Notes: a model not told the origin generated them from the letters alone. Shown: positions 11,070 through 23,460, counted from the first letter of the whole stretch. The stretch: DNA of 63,830 bases, filler included, from Asterionella formosa (GCA_002256025.1; 15 parts of 15 records of this genome joined end to end with filler, not necessarily neighbours in it); one strand, 5' to 3'. Made by a program: numbers and translations.

Positions 11070-11616
11070 TTCTCACGCCTCTCGTCTGCAGATTCTTCTG
11101 CTATATAAATCCTGTCTATTCCTGTTTAGACATTCCTCAGACTACCTAGTCTTCGGACACCTGTCGACATCAACAGCCTAACAGACACACTCAGACACCC
11201 TCCCCTGTTGATGCTCGACATACCACATCATCCTAATAATGTGTATGCTTGACACATCCTTTCCTACAGGAATTCTCATAGTGCCCTCTCGTTTTCTTCG
11301 TCTCTGTTTTTCTTTTTCTTTTCTCTTTTTTTCTCTTTCTGTTCTTGCTGAGGACTCGAACTGTCGACCTCTGGTTTTCACGTATGTCCTCGTACCACTT
11401 GTACTAACGAGCGCTACCATGTTGAAATATATGGCGCTTACTCTACTAGCGCGCTCCAGTACTGCCCTGGAATGACCGGTCAAGATCATTCTCACGCCTC
11501 TCGTCTGCAGATTCTTCTGCTATATAAATCCTGTCTATTCCCGTTTAGACATTCCTCAGACTACCTAGTCTTCGGACACCTGTCGACATCAACAGCCTAA
11601 CAGACACACTCTGACA
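11070..11616 (-). mobile_element. TRIM (non-autonomous miniature LTR retrotransposon): 5' LTR 11420-11616, internal region 11198-11419, truncated 3' LTR 11070-11197
   Basis: 128-bp direct repeat with 2 mismatches (11070-11197 vs 11489-11616). 5' LTR is TGTCAGA...TTCAACA, with PBS TGGTAGCGCTC directly after it and PPT AGGGGAGGG directly before the 3' LTR. No coding capacity. Confidence 0.85.
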
Positions 11617-12056
11617 CATGTTTACATTGGGATGTCGCACCCAGTCGCGCCGTAATTATAACCCACCTGAAGAAAAGCGTTAAAGGAAGCTATATTAATT
11701 TGGAGTATAAAACATTATGAAATATCGGATATGAATATAAAATGTCGGCCCAGCTAAACGAGGTAATTTTATTTTATTCCGATGTGCCTCACTCAACATT
11801 TTCGAAGTCGTTTACCGGTATCTCACTAACTGGAACACAACATCGATCGGGCGTTAAGACATCCTATATGTAGATGCGTGAAACAAATGACTTGTTCATA
11901 GTAAATATTGTCGTATTGCTAAAATTGAAAAAGTTTGTAGTACAAAATGTAAGATTACCCCTTTATAGTGGTCTAAGCAGTTCATAGTGGTCTTGTGATC
12001 ACGTAAGTGCAGTAAAACCTTCTCTAACTGCAAAAAAGAAGAGTATTGATGCCACC

Positions 12057-12732
12057 TTGCCTTTTGCTGACGAAGCAAAGGAGGAAGAACGAGCACGGGA
12101 CTCTGACTCTTCTCATGGACAAGTGTTTGATGAGAAGGAACATGTTGACCACAAGGCTGGGCGAGGGACTAAATTTTCGTACCAGGATTCTTCCAAGGTG
12201 GCGGTGGAGCATGACGAAGGACCAGCACCTCCACAAACACTTCCTGGAGCAGTTGCGGTGGGAGCGAGAGATCGTGCAAGTCCTAGTGCTGAAGCTACAA
12301 ACAATGAATGGAATGTAGAGGAGTCCCATGGAATCAGTCAACAACCACTTGCCATTCCTGGCACAGAGGGAGGCCAACAGGAGACAGTGAATGCCACTCT
12401 TGTTGATGAAATTGAAACCTTTATGCCTGCCACTATTATGACTGCCACTGTGACGGCCATCGACACTGAGGCTGAAGCGAAGGCGCAACGTCACCGTGGC
12501 ATGATCAACATCATGGTATCTTGCGCTTTCACAAGTCTTGTTGCCATTGTAGCTGTTGTACTTGCAGTTGTGCTTACTCAGAACAACAAACCGAATAATC
12601 CAACTTTAGTTCCAACATCATATGTTCCGGACAATCAAACGTTGGCTCCCACATTTGTAATTCCCTCTACACCATTGTATTTGTTTTTGTCTAATAACTC
12701 GTTTGATAATGGGGTTGCACTTTTGACCAATG
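12057..12732 (+). CDS. Single-pass membrane protein N-terminus (diatom PGAVAV / LRR-receptor-like family), truncated by contig end
   Basis: Acidic N-terminus with PGAVAVG, TM helix LVAIVAVVLAVVL, PT-rich stalk, then SFDNG.AL. This architecture usually precedes LRRs in diatoms; the LRRs themselves are not visible. Confidence 0.65.
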
Positions 12733-12917
12733 NNNNNNNNNNNNNNNNNNNNNNNNNNNNNNNNNNNNNNNNNNNNTTAATTAATTAANNNNNNNNNNNN
12801 NNNNNNNNNNNNNNNNNNNNNNNNNNNNNNNNGCCACAACAGCAATGAATACCCAATTGATATCATAACAAGCAAAGATCAGATCCCCTTCCCTCGAGAA
12901 GTTAAAGAACAGTTGTC

Positions 12918-13778
12918 ATGGATTCCCCCTTTATCGAACACAGGCAAAAGCGCAACAAAATCGAAAGATGCTTTCATGGAGCAGGAGTTGACATTCCCGA
13001 ACAGAATGAAATTGCTACCAGTGGGTTCTCAACACGCACGTTCCTTTATGCGACGACAAAGGTTCGCACGATGGAAGCTACACGGCTCACTGACGGTTTG
13101 GCGCCGCACACGCCAGATAATCCGTCACCTACATGGATGTCGCTCTCGCCATCGCCCTGTTTATTGAGAGAAAATATTGTCGAACATTTTGACCACATGA
13201 TGGATTTTTCGGAAGATATCACGAATCATGTTCCATTCTTGCCTTACTACTTTCCCGAAGAAAATTGCTGTCACGACTTTCCTGAAGCGGACATGGAGCT
13301 ATGTTGGGCGAAACCAAAAGTTCGTGGTTTGGAACGATTCCGAACGGCACCGCGAGTATCATTGAAGCCACGAATGTCCCCAGGTACATCACTCAGCTTG
13401 CTTAGTATTGAACCAGCACCATTCATTGTCGCCAAAACTGAAGTTTTCTCCTGTGAAGATGCCATGCCTTATCTCAAAGTGTTCCGAGAAGATTTTGTGG
13501 AAAGTCAAAACAATGCACCTGGACTCACTCGTTGCCTAGCATTTCAGTCAAATGTAGGACACCATATACCAATCGAAACCCATAGTGGCAGTCTATCATC
13601 AAATTCCAATTCCTTTTCCTTGAGCTTGAGCAATTCTTCAATTTCCCGTGTCACAAGGCCTGTTGCCTGTCGCATCTCTTCCAAACGTTCCCATGAGTAT
13701 TTTTCTAAACTTTGCTTGAGTGCTGAAAGACATGAAGCTGACTTTTCCTTCGGATCAGGCAACTTGAATGGCAAGTAG
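12918..13778 (+). CDS. Hypothetical protein (286 aa)
   Basis: Uninterrupted ATG ORF, Ser/Pro-rich; no recognisable domain. Confidence 0.6.
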   Translation: MDSPFIEHRQKRNKIERCFHGAGVDIPEQNEIATSGFSTRTFLYATTKVRTMEATRLTDGLAPHTPDNPSPTWMSLSPSPCLLRENIVEHFDHMMDFSEDITNHVPFLPYYFPEENCCHDFPEADMELCWAKPKVRGLERFRTAPRVSLKPRMSPGTSLSLLSIEPAPFIVAKTEVFSCEDAMPYLKVFREDFVESQNNAPGLTRCLAFQSNVGHHIPIETHSGSLSSNSNSFSLSLSNSSISRVTRPVACRISSKRSHEYFSKLCLSAERHEADFSFGSGNLNGK

Positions 13779-14459
13779 TAGTAACAAAATCCGCTGTGCT
13801 TCGTAGTAAGGAATGATCCTCTTCCAGGACATGATAATTGGCTTGTAAATATATCTAGTTTTGATGTGTTTATTAGTAACACATGATGTGTAGCCATGTA
13901 CATGTATGTCTACATAACAGTCGACTGTTAATGATTTCCATGTGCTTCTTTACACCTTGAAATATATTCTTGAAATAATTCAAAGAATAACAAGAACCAA
14001 ACTGTCCTCAAAAAATATTCATCTTTTTGGGACCATACATATAAACGCCGTCAATCCATGAAATTATAAAATCATCATTGTATGTAGGACGTGAGGAGGA
14101 AGGGAGTCGGTCCATACGAGGAACGTTTCAAGCTATTTAAAAGCTGCGTAAACACCCAAATACCGGTATTTTGATGATCGTTTCCATGCTACTCAAGGCA
14201 AATGTAAAAGAACAATCGCAGATAAATGCTTGTTCTAATAACCATACCCAGGGATATGAAGTCAAAAGTATTGAGCATAGTTTTCCGGAACACAAACTAA
14301 GTAAAGAATGAAATACTGAATAAGCAAAATCGAGATTAAAAACACTTTTATCAATGTATTTGGCTGTTGAGTGCAGGCTGGCATCGTGTATTCAGGGTCT
14401 TACAAAAGACTAGTGCATAACTCCATTATCAGGCTAAATCCCAATCTAAGGCCCCCATG

Positions 14460-16736
14460 TCAATACTGCAGAGTACTTGGCAAAATTGACATGCTGCACA
14501 GGTCAGAATACGCTCGCTCTAAGCATCGTGCAACATCAGCAAAACTAACCACCAGCAGTGTCCTTCCGTCAGTGGACGAAAGAACCATCTTTTCTTCGTC
14601 ACCAGCATCTAGCTTGTTCAGAGCCGTGACCACATGACCTTGGTCCATCACTGGATGCCCTGAGCCATCCGCTTGGTGAAAGACTGTGAAAACAAGAGAC
14701 ACGACAAATGTGAATCATTCACCCCAAATTGAAAGAATATCAAAGCACAAGTACATACCATAGTCTCGGAAGAGCTTCAAAACGTAACAATCACCAGATT
14801 CCGTCCAGCGTCGATTCATTAAAAACTCTGGACGTTCATTAATGAAGCCCATCTTAAGGAGCAGACGAAGTGCTCTACCAGACTCATATTCTGATGCAAG
14901 GGCAGATTCATATGTATCGGCAACAACAAAAGTCGAATCCACCTCATCAAAGGCATGGATAGCAATAGACCTGCAGACTTCAAGAATAGTCGGTGGATTA
15001 GATGCTGGATTCAGTAGCTGCATCACAAGGGAGTATAGCTCACGGCTGTAGTTCTGCGCAATGTACCTGTCGCAACCCTGCATAATAACGGGATCAGTTA
15101 CTCGACTTAGTGCTGTCCCTGTTGTCAAACTCATAATAACGTAACCTAGATCTCGCATATCGTGATATTGTAGCCCCACCAAAGACTTCCTTGTCTCAAA
15201 CTCCAAAGTATCAACAACACCAATGCAATTGATGCGAAGACGAATTTGACCCATACCTCCATCCGGGGAAGTACAAAGAATATGATTCAGCTGTATCGAC
15301 CGACAAGCTAATTTGGCAGTATGAACGGTTCGAATTGCCGAGACTAGTTGTGTGATACATGACCACACGAAGGGTTCAGGCAAAGGGATTCCACCCCCGC
15401 TATTTGTATTAAAAAATCTCTCGAACAGCGTTCTTGCACCGGGGTAGTAGGTGTAAACGAAGAAGAGAGCTCGGTTCGCCACAAAGCAGCTATGAAACCT
15501 GACAATGCCTGTGTGCTCCACTACCGTGTGCCCCGAAAGCGAAATTGCAGTTGTCCACCGTTCACTTACTGCTCTAGCAATCTTGAAGGAAACACGAGTG
15601 TTGTCAAATCTCCTTATACAGTAGAGATGCCCATCTTCTCTGTTTACTACCTTGAACACAGATGATGGATACCCGAATGAATCTCTGCCTTCATTTGGAC
15701 CATCCAGTTGATATGCACTAGTAAATGGTAGTGGGACAGCCTTGTGTCTTGGATCAGAAGGATCCATTTCCCTTTGTGCTTCAAGGCTAATCTCTTTGCG
15801 ATAAAGCCACAAATCATCTGGCAATCCCATTGTATGCAGTGATCTAATCGAAGGAAGTGGAACAGGACCAGTGGGCACTGATGTTACGACTGGTTCTTCT
15901 TCATCCTCAAAACCAAACGATTCTTGATTCCCTTCTTCCGTGCTTGCATGTACTTAGCAGAAGGAAGATCAGGCAAAGGATCAAGATGAGCATAAGTGAC
16001 AGATTCATTTTTGCTCCGATTTAATACTCGACTTCAATAAAAACTTACCATCCAATCTTTGTCCCCAACTTCCCTGACTTTGTTGTATTGTTGCATTCTT
16101 CCATGCCTCTCCCGGTATATACTCAGCTCCCTGACTCTGTTGTGGCGGACTCTTTGGCGCATTCTTCCATGAATCTCCCGGTATGAACTCGGCACCCTGA
16201 TGCTGTTGTGGCGGCGAAATCGGTGCATTCTTCCACGCCCTTCCCGGTATAAACTCCGCTCCCTGACTCAGTTGTGATGGCGAAATTGGTGCATTATTCC
16301 ATGATTCTCCCGGAACAAATGCAGCTCCCTGACTCTGTTGTAATGGAGACAGTGGTGCATTCTTCCACGATTTTCCCGGTATAAATTCAGCTCCCTGACT
16401 CTGTTGTAATGGAGCCATGGGTGCATTCTTCCATGATTTTCCTGGTATAAACTCTCCTCCAGTACCGGTACCGGTCAATTCATTTCCGTCTTGCGCTTGT
16501 AACCATCTAGTATTTCCCCCCCTAGGACTTGCCTCGAACACACCAGTTCTTCCAGGGAGAGAATGACGCAATGAGGAGGAAGCTGGTCTCGGGCTTATTG
16601 GAGGTACTGGGGAAATTGGCGTCGTCGTTGCATTGTAGCTAGACATGCTGCTGCTTGCGGAAATTGACTGCCGCAGAGGAGTCCATTCTTTCGCAGTAGT
16701 GCTCAACTGGCCGTAACTCTCTGTCAGCTCGTCCAT
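14460..16736 (-). CDS. PAN3: PAN2-PAN3 deadenylase subunit PAN3; exons 16049-16736, 14759-15952, 14460-14683
   Basis: Pseudokinase (SFGYPSSVFK..DGHLYCIRR), E.ESGRALRLLLKMGFINERPE, WTESGD.YVLKLFRDY|VFHQ, HVVTALNKLDAG.EEK. GT-AG introns 15953-16048 and 14684-14758 restore the frame. The start codon is inferred. Confidence 0.92.
16070..16460 (-). repeat. Six coding tandem repeats of 66 bp (22 aa: GAEFIPGxSWKNAPxSPxQQSQ) in PAN3 exon 1
   Basis: Repeat is visible in both DNA (period 66) and translation. Confidence 0.92.
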
Positions 16737-17387
16737 GTTGGCATTCGCCGACAATCGCTGTGCGTGAGCACCTGGAGTAATAAGATCAAGCAGATCGTCG
16801 CGGGGCACCTGCTATATGCCTCCAGTTCTGTTGAGGCAGGGGGGGGCGGTTGCTTTGCTTTTTGTGTGGGCGATCTTTTTACAAAATAGTTCTTGTCGAG
16901 CGCTACATTATTGTACGTTTGCTTTTGCTTTTGCTTCTAGGGACAAGTTACACGTACGTTTTTATGATACTGACTGTTACGGAGTACCAGGTACCTGGTA
17001 CTATCANNNNNNNNNNNNNNNNNNNNNNNNNNNNNNNNNNNNNNNNNNNNTTAATTAATTAANNNNNNNNNNNNNNNNNNNNNNNNNNNNNNNNNNNNNN
17101 NNNNNNCAGCATTGATGTTGTATGGTTCATTCATCATTATTAGTACATAAAGGCCTTCAACATCATTCATGGTAAAGTATGGCTTTAGGGATAATTATTG
17201 TAAACCCTGAATTATTTTAGACTTTATGGTCAAACCTTAACCTTAATAATACCAAACACGGTTGTTGATGACAATTCAATGTGTATCGAACTTTCACCAC
17301 ACTACAGGTAGTATTCTCAAGATTCGCTCCATCCATACCATGGCTCTCAACAAAATATACATGTAATGTATATAAATATAGCAATAC

Positions 17388-18010
17388 TTACTGTGCCAAA
17401 ATGACATGACTGGTATCTTCATTACCATCCAGTTGTGATGATGATGATGTTGGCATGGATCGAATGATATGATTTGTTGTTGGAACACGTCGTTGAGTCA
17501 TAAATGATGGAGACTCCACTGATGGTTGTGATGGAGTGGAGTCCAGTGATGGTTGTTGTTGTGGTTGTGAAACAACAGCAGCAGCTGATTGTTCCAGGAG
17601 TCGTTGCATCATTCGTCTCCACTCCAACAACGAATCATTCCGAAACTGAATGGCATTCACGGATTGAATGGGATCAGCAGTTTCATCATACACTGATGGA
17701 CATTGAAGTTGCAAAATACGTTCCATTAAACATTGTTCCGATTGTTCCTGTTCTTGTTCTCCTTGATCTTGGATCCATTGCCGCCATAGCGCAATGTATC
17801 TCCACGAATTAGGATTGTTCAAGGTCTAGGTAGACGTTGGCGAATAAAAAATAGCAGTAGAAATGATGAGAGAGAAAAAATGGGAGGAAGAATGGTGTCA
17901 GACGTGGATGCGAGACTATCAGATCCATCATCACGTCCTTCGCTCGTTGCAAGGAAACTCACTTGTCGAGGGGCAAAGATACGGAATAGGGAAAGGAGGC
18001 GACTAGTCAT
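17388..18010 (-). CDS. Hypothetical Q/S-rich protein; exons 17963-18010 and 17388-17825
   Basis: A phase-0 GTGAGT...CTAG intron (17826-17962) joins the two listed ORFs in frame. Confidence 0.5.
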
Positions 18011-18559
18011 GATAATGCAAGTGAACTAAGAATGCAGTGTGTAAACGAAGTATCGGAACCAAAAGTAGTCCAACCAGATGATTCCATCAAACTCAACAAG
18101 AACAATGTTGTGGCTGCAGGTTTGATTACCGGTATTTTTGTAAATCCGCAAGGAATTGTTCTTCCTCTCGACTACAGTACCTGGTACAGCACGTACGGGT
18201 ATATCATATGTTTGTACTGTATTGTATCAATTCAAGCAACATGCATACTGTATGGGCAAAATTTAGCTCTGGTATGTACCGGTATACAGTCGTTTTTGTC
18301 CTGTGTTTGTATCAATACTGTACCAGGTACCAGGCACCTGTCGGTACCTTCTTTACTAGCTACAAAAAAAACGGTATACCGATAGTACCGTGGTTGTTTA
18401 TACCGACCGGGTACCTGTTACCAGGTACGCAATTTTGTTCTCCATCATACATACCGGTACTAATGATACATATATGTAAAATCCCCCCCAAAAAAAACTG
18501 ATAAAGAACAAATGCGAATCTTTTCACATGATTGAAATTCAAGTGTTTCGCCGATCCTG

Positions 18560-19679
18560 ATGCCTTCTTGCCAGTATGCTCCCCTCATTCTACTAGTAGT
18601 ATTTGGTGGAATCGCATTGAGCATTTTGACTGCTCGAAGGACACTCTTCGTATCTAAAGGATCTATGAGTGTGAAGCTGAGTGAGCAAAGAAACAACAGA
18701 ACAACTCATGAGGCACTAGTACAGGGGGATGTACCACGACTGAAGGAGGATTGCATGAACAACAGTTTTCTACCACCACCTGCGAATCGCATTTCTATCC
18801 CGAATTGCAGACTCCAATGTCCGCTGTATCAGAACAGTAGAAGTTGCAATGGTGATGATGAGGAAGATCTTCTATTGGGCATTGTCACAGCATTCAGTCA
18901 AAACCATGTGGGGGAATCCCTTGGCATGATTCAATCTCTGATGGATGTCAATTATACGGGCCCATTAGCTGTTTACTTCATGCGTCGGTCAGGAGAAGTG
19001 CTTGATAATCGGTTTTTGTCATATTGCAACAAACTCTCCATATTGCAACAAACTCTCCAACTCTGGTTTTTGTGTGGAAGTTATTGATTATGAATTCCAT
19101 GAACAAGAAGACTTTGGAACATATTGTTTCAAGCCAACGATTGTCAATGACTTTATTACCCATCACAAGTTTCAAGTAGTAATGTGGGTAGATTCATCAG
19201 GGCGATTTAAGAGCGATCCACAGAGCTGGGCCAGAAACATGGTCAATGATGGGATCGACTTTGCTGGTAAAGAAGGTTCACTGAGAATGAGCGAGAACAC
19301 TCATGCTGACACTTATCAATATCTCAATGTTTCTCGCATCAAATATAGACATCATGCCGAAATTGCAGCTACTTTTTTTCTTGTGCGCCTTGTACCACAT
19401 GTCGTCTTTGGATTGTTACAGCCCTGGATTGATTGTGGAACACGAGCCTGTCAAACATGTATGACACCAAAAAATTGCTCAAGGAAGTATCAATCTGAAT
19501 ACAAGGTCCTACATGCTCCATCCACTTTGTTTCAAGTCCATCGTCATGACCAGTCAGTCCTTGGTATCTTGGTAATGGAATGGAAGACAGAACACAACGG
19601 AAATGTCATTATATATCCAGATCAGAATGCAGAGAAATACATTAATATTTCAAAGCCCACAAAAAAAGGTTCTGTGTAG
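18560..19679 (+). pseudogene. DUF1647-like (GT-A glycosyltransferase-like) type II membrane protein, frameshifted by a 19-bp tandem duplication
   Basis: N-terminal TM anchor; VTAFSQNH..E, YCFKP.IV, WVDSS.RF and HRHDQS motifs; duplication CATATTGCAACAAACTCTC at 19020-19038/19039-19057. Confidence 0.7.
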
Positions 19680-20376
19680 ACTACAACCTGTGAAATTTCA
19701 TTCATTTAAATAGGTACAATGAAGGTTATTTGCCTGACAAATGCAGTCTACTAATATCATGTATTTATTGTCTTATGACTAATCAAATGTCAATAGAGCC
19801 TACACAAGCATGTGCTTCCTGGCATGCTTCCCAGCCTAGGTAGGTTCTTGAAAATGCCAAACCATTCCAGCCAGTAGTATACTAATCCCAACCAATGTTA
19901 TTACCTGTTACTCTAGGTGATGATGACTGCAGAACAAATTTTTGAACAATAATCAACCTAGAATGACCATAGTAACATTCATACCAGCATATCCATAAAT
20001 GGATAGATACGACTCCAAATGCATGCGGACAACAGAGCAAGCCGTACGTACATATGCACTGTATACACTCATGCAGTACTTCTATTATTACTATACTAAG
20101 TAACTTTATGGCAAGTACGGTACACAACCAGAACACACAATATGGTCGGTTGTTACCGTACTGGCACCGGTTGCAGACTGTGGTGCTATATAATGAAATT
20201 CCTTATTCAATGTATTCTATCCGGTGCTGTAGGAACGCTGGAATACCAATAATTATTAGGCTGCGATATTCGTCGTCGCTACAACCCCAACAATACCCAC
20301 CTCCTGTCTGTCCCATTATTGTTCTGCATACCGGTACTTTGTTTGCTCTCCAGCAAGCCCCTTCAGATCCTTCATC

Positions 20377-21041
20377 ATGGCGACCATGCCCACAGAACCT
20401 GCCAATCTGAACCCCCCGGTGACGCCGTGGGGTCAGGCGTTGACGATGAAGGAATTGCAAGTCTTTCGTCCTGTAAGTGTCATCATGTTGTTGCGTCCTT
20501 GTCTCTGGATTCGCCAGTTGCTTCAATCCTTTCATGGCACACCCACATACACATGTATGACTCAGGAATACGGCACATTTATATATTCACACTTTGTTAC
20601 TCCCCGCCGCATACTCAGGCCACCAACATGACATGTTTGGGCGTGTCGGAGGAATATTCCAGACAACGTCGTCGTCATGAGGGGCCCTTGACAGATGCTG
20701 CCTTTGAACTGCAACATGCTGTGGATGCTTGTTTGATGGATGCCATGACATTGCAACGCAATCATTGTGCCGAAATGACGTTGGAATATGCGTCTTGTGT
20801 GGAAACCCATACGACAGAAAATAGATACAACAAGGCACCATGGAAATGTATCAAGTTGCGTAGGGCCATTGAAGATTGTGTGGTGAATAACAAGGATTAC
20901 ATGGCCGTGAAAGAGAAATATGATTTGGTGATTGATGAGAAGAAAGTGGGGGAAAAAGGATATTTGAAATTACTGCGCAATTGGAAAGATAAAACAGAGG
21001 AGGAGAAGGATGTGGCCTTGGAGAAACTTTCGGTCAAATAA
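20377..21041 (+). CDS. Twin-CX9C mitochondrial protein, NDUFA8 (complex I)-like; exons 20377-20472 and 20619-21041
   Basis: Phase-0 GTAAGT..CAG intron 20473-20618; CAEMTLEYASC and CIKLRRAIEDC CX9C motifs plus two upstream Cys in NDUFA8-like spacing. Confidence 0.6.
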
Positions 21042-21372
21042 AACACTATTACAAATAGTGACTGTGGATGTTGCGAAACGGAATTCATGCAAGTTTAGGT
21101 ATTTGGAAAAGAGACAAGACAAAGTCGAGAGTATTCATATGTAATTCTCTGCGGAACGTAAAGTAATTGGTTACCTTTGCATTTACAGTTATTAGTGCCC
21201 TTTTATGGGGGCAAGGGGCTGATTTTCTTTAAAGGTGGCATTACACGCTAGCGTTGAATCAAAAAAACAGCCNNNNNNNNNNNNNNNNNNNNNNNNNNNN
21301 NNNNNNNNNNNNNNNNTTAATTAATTAANNNNNNNNNNNNNNNNNNNNNNNNNNNNNNNNNNNNNNNNNNNN

Positions 21373-22367
21373 CGTTTATTTCTCCGTTCTGAATCATTGG
21401 ACCATTAATAGCAGCAGCATCATGATCTACTAAACTATCAAGGAATAAACCATTATCATAGTCATCGGCATCAAAACAAATTGTTTGAACGAAATCAATG
21501 GCTGCTGGCGATTGTTTCAGGAATTTTGCAAGGGGGTCTTGAGAGTGGTGTCGTCCATCTCTTCGAGAAGTCGCTACCATTGATGATGTCTGCGATGCTT
21601 GAATCTGAGATTGAATCATATATTGTTGCCCACACGAGGGGCTGTGTCTGTGATGACCACGAATTGATTTAAAAAGACCTTTACCACAGAATTGACATTT
21701 GTTCTCGTCGTTATTGTCACACAGATCCATGATATTTACTGTCGTTGCAGTGCTGTGTTGGCGAGAGAAAAATAAGAATAACCGGTAGCTAAATTAATGG
21801 ACCTTGTTCGGCACATATTTGCCAAACAATACTACCTGGTACCATCCTCATCACTAGACATAATTCCACCAGTGTTGATTTTGAGTAATAATAATCACGT
21901 AAAAAAATTGGGTTGCCTACCACTGGCTAGTAGTACATTTACCTAGTACCGGTAATAACCTACATAACATGAAAACTGGGAAGAGGGAGCTTTTTTACCG
22001 GTAAGTGTGAGTTCTTCATGTGATGTGTACAACCGTAAAACTTTGATCTCAGATGGATGACATTAGACACCACAAATAACCTTACTATTTCATTAAGTAA
22101 AATGCAAGTTGTGAATGTATTAGCCTCAAGAGCAGGATCTTAGTTGAACTTTCAAATGAATTATTTGAAACATCAACTAATTCAGTCTCGCGTCCAAAAT
22201 TCATTGGGAAAACTTCACATGAAACAGTTAAAACTTCACATGAAACCGTTAAAAGTAACCTTTTTACGTGAAGAGTGGCATTAATTCATGTGAAGTACCA
22301 CATAATTAACACTCATACGTAGACGAAATTTCGAAAAGTGGCGTATTTCGCGGCTTAGATGTGAGTG
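21373..22367 (-). mobile_element. 5' end of a probable CACTA/EnSpm (Plavaka-like) DNA transposon with N-terminal Zn-finger ORF (21373-21730)
   Basis: Minus strand begins CACTCACATCTAAGCCGCG at 22367; subterminal TTCACATGAA/TTACGTGAA repeats; ORF with CQFCGK..HHRHSPSC. Confidence 0.45.
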
Positions 22368-23460
22368 ATAAAGGAGGTTTTGGTCCTCATTTTCAACATG
22401 CTAGTAAATCAGTGTCTTTTTCGATTTCTTTAGATACATCATTTAAATCATTTTATTCATCTATGTACAGCCAAATTAACGATGACTCAATCTCAGAAAA
22501 ATGACCCCAAAAACCTACAGTATTTATGAAGCACTGGTAATTACCGGTAATTGGTCAAATGTGCGGGATTAACATTTTGTAGGTGTCGAATGAATCAAAT
22601 GGAGCGCTTGAATTGTGGACATATTTTTCTTCAATGGTTCGTGTCGTCGTTGCGTGTGTGTACAGGATGTATGATAACACGTTCCAAAGAAGAAATTTGT
22701 CAATCTTCGATGGTTCCTGTCGTCGTTGTGTACGTATGCATGTGGTATATTACCACGTTCCATATCTTTCGTGATGTAGTGACCAAACTACCGTTAATTG
22801 GTCAATCTTTCGATTATTCCTTTTGTCTCGAAGTAGCGTTCTAAGCAGGTACTGTCTCTTTCAGAAGGTAGGGACGATAGATAATTCCAGCAAAATAGAT
22901 GCCATCGTTTTCCCATTTGAAGGAATTTCACCGAAATAATGCCACTCTATATATGCCACGTTAGAATGGTAAGCACATGCTCCGAGCGATGTATGCTTCG
23001 AAAAGTGGAAATGCACTTGAACAAAAAGGGTCCGACATTGTTCGAAACGGGAAATTGTCGTACCGTAGAACAGGTATGGAATTTTCGTACGTAGAAATGC
23101 ATGTTTTTTCACAAATATGATGAAAGCGTGGGCAGATTGAAGCTGAGCTCTTACGGAAAACTACTTCGGTTTTTCTAACTTGAATGTTCCATGAAGCCTC
23201 CTCATGATCTCATTTGTCATACTTATCCCATTTCCGAACATTAAGTACCCTCATGTATAAATATGTAATTTTTGGGACAAGCAACAAAGAATACCGGTAT
23301 TGTTATTAAAGAAGGGCAGAGGATGGTTTAACTATCGGTAACCACCGCAACTGAACGGGAGAATGCGGTATCATAACACACAGTTTTGTTTCTGATTCTC
23401 ATTTTTCATTTTTACGAAGAAGCAAGAAGGAGCGTAACTGACTATAAGCTTACAACCAAG

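Noticed and set aside
16070..16460. CRISPR-like array
   Set aside because: The units are contiguous 66-bp coding repeats with no unique spacers; there are no cas genes and the context is eukaryotic.
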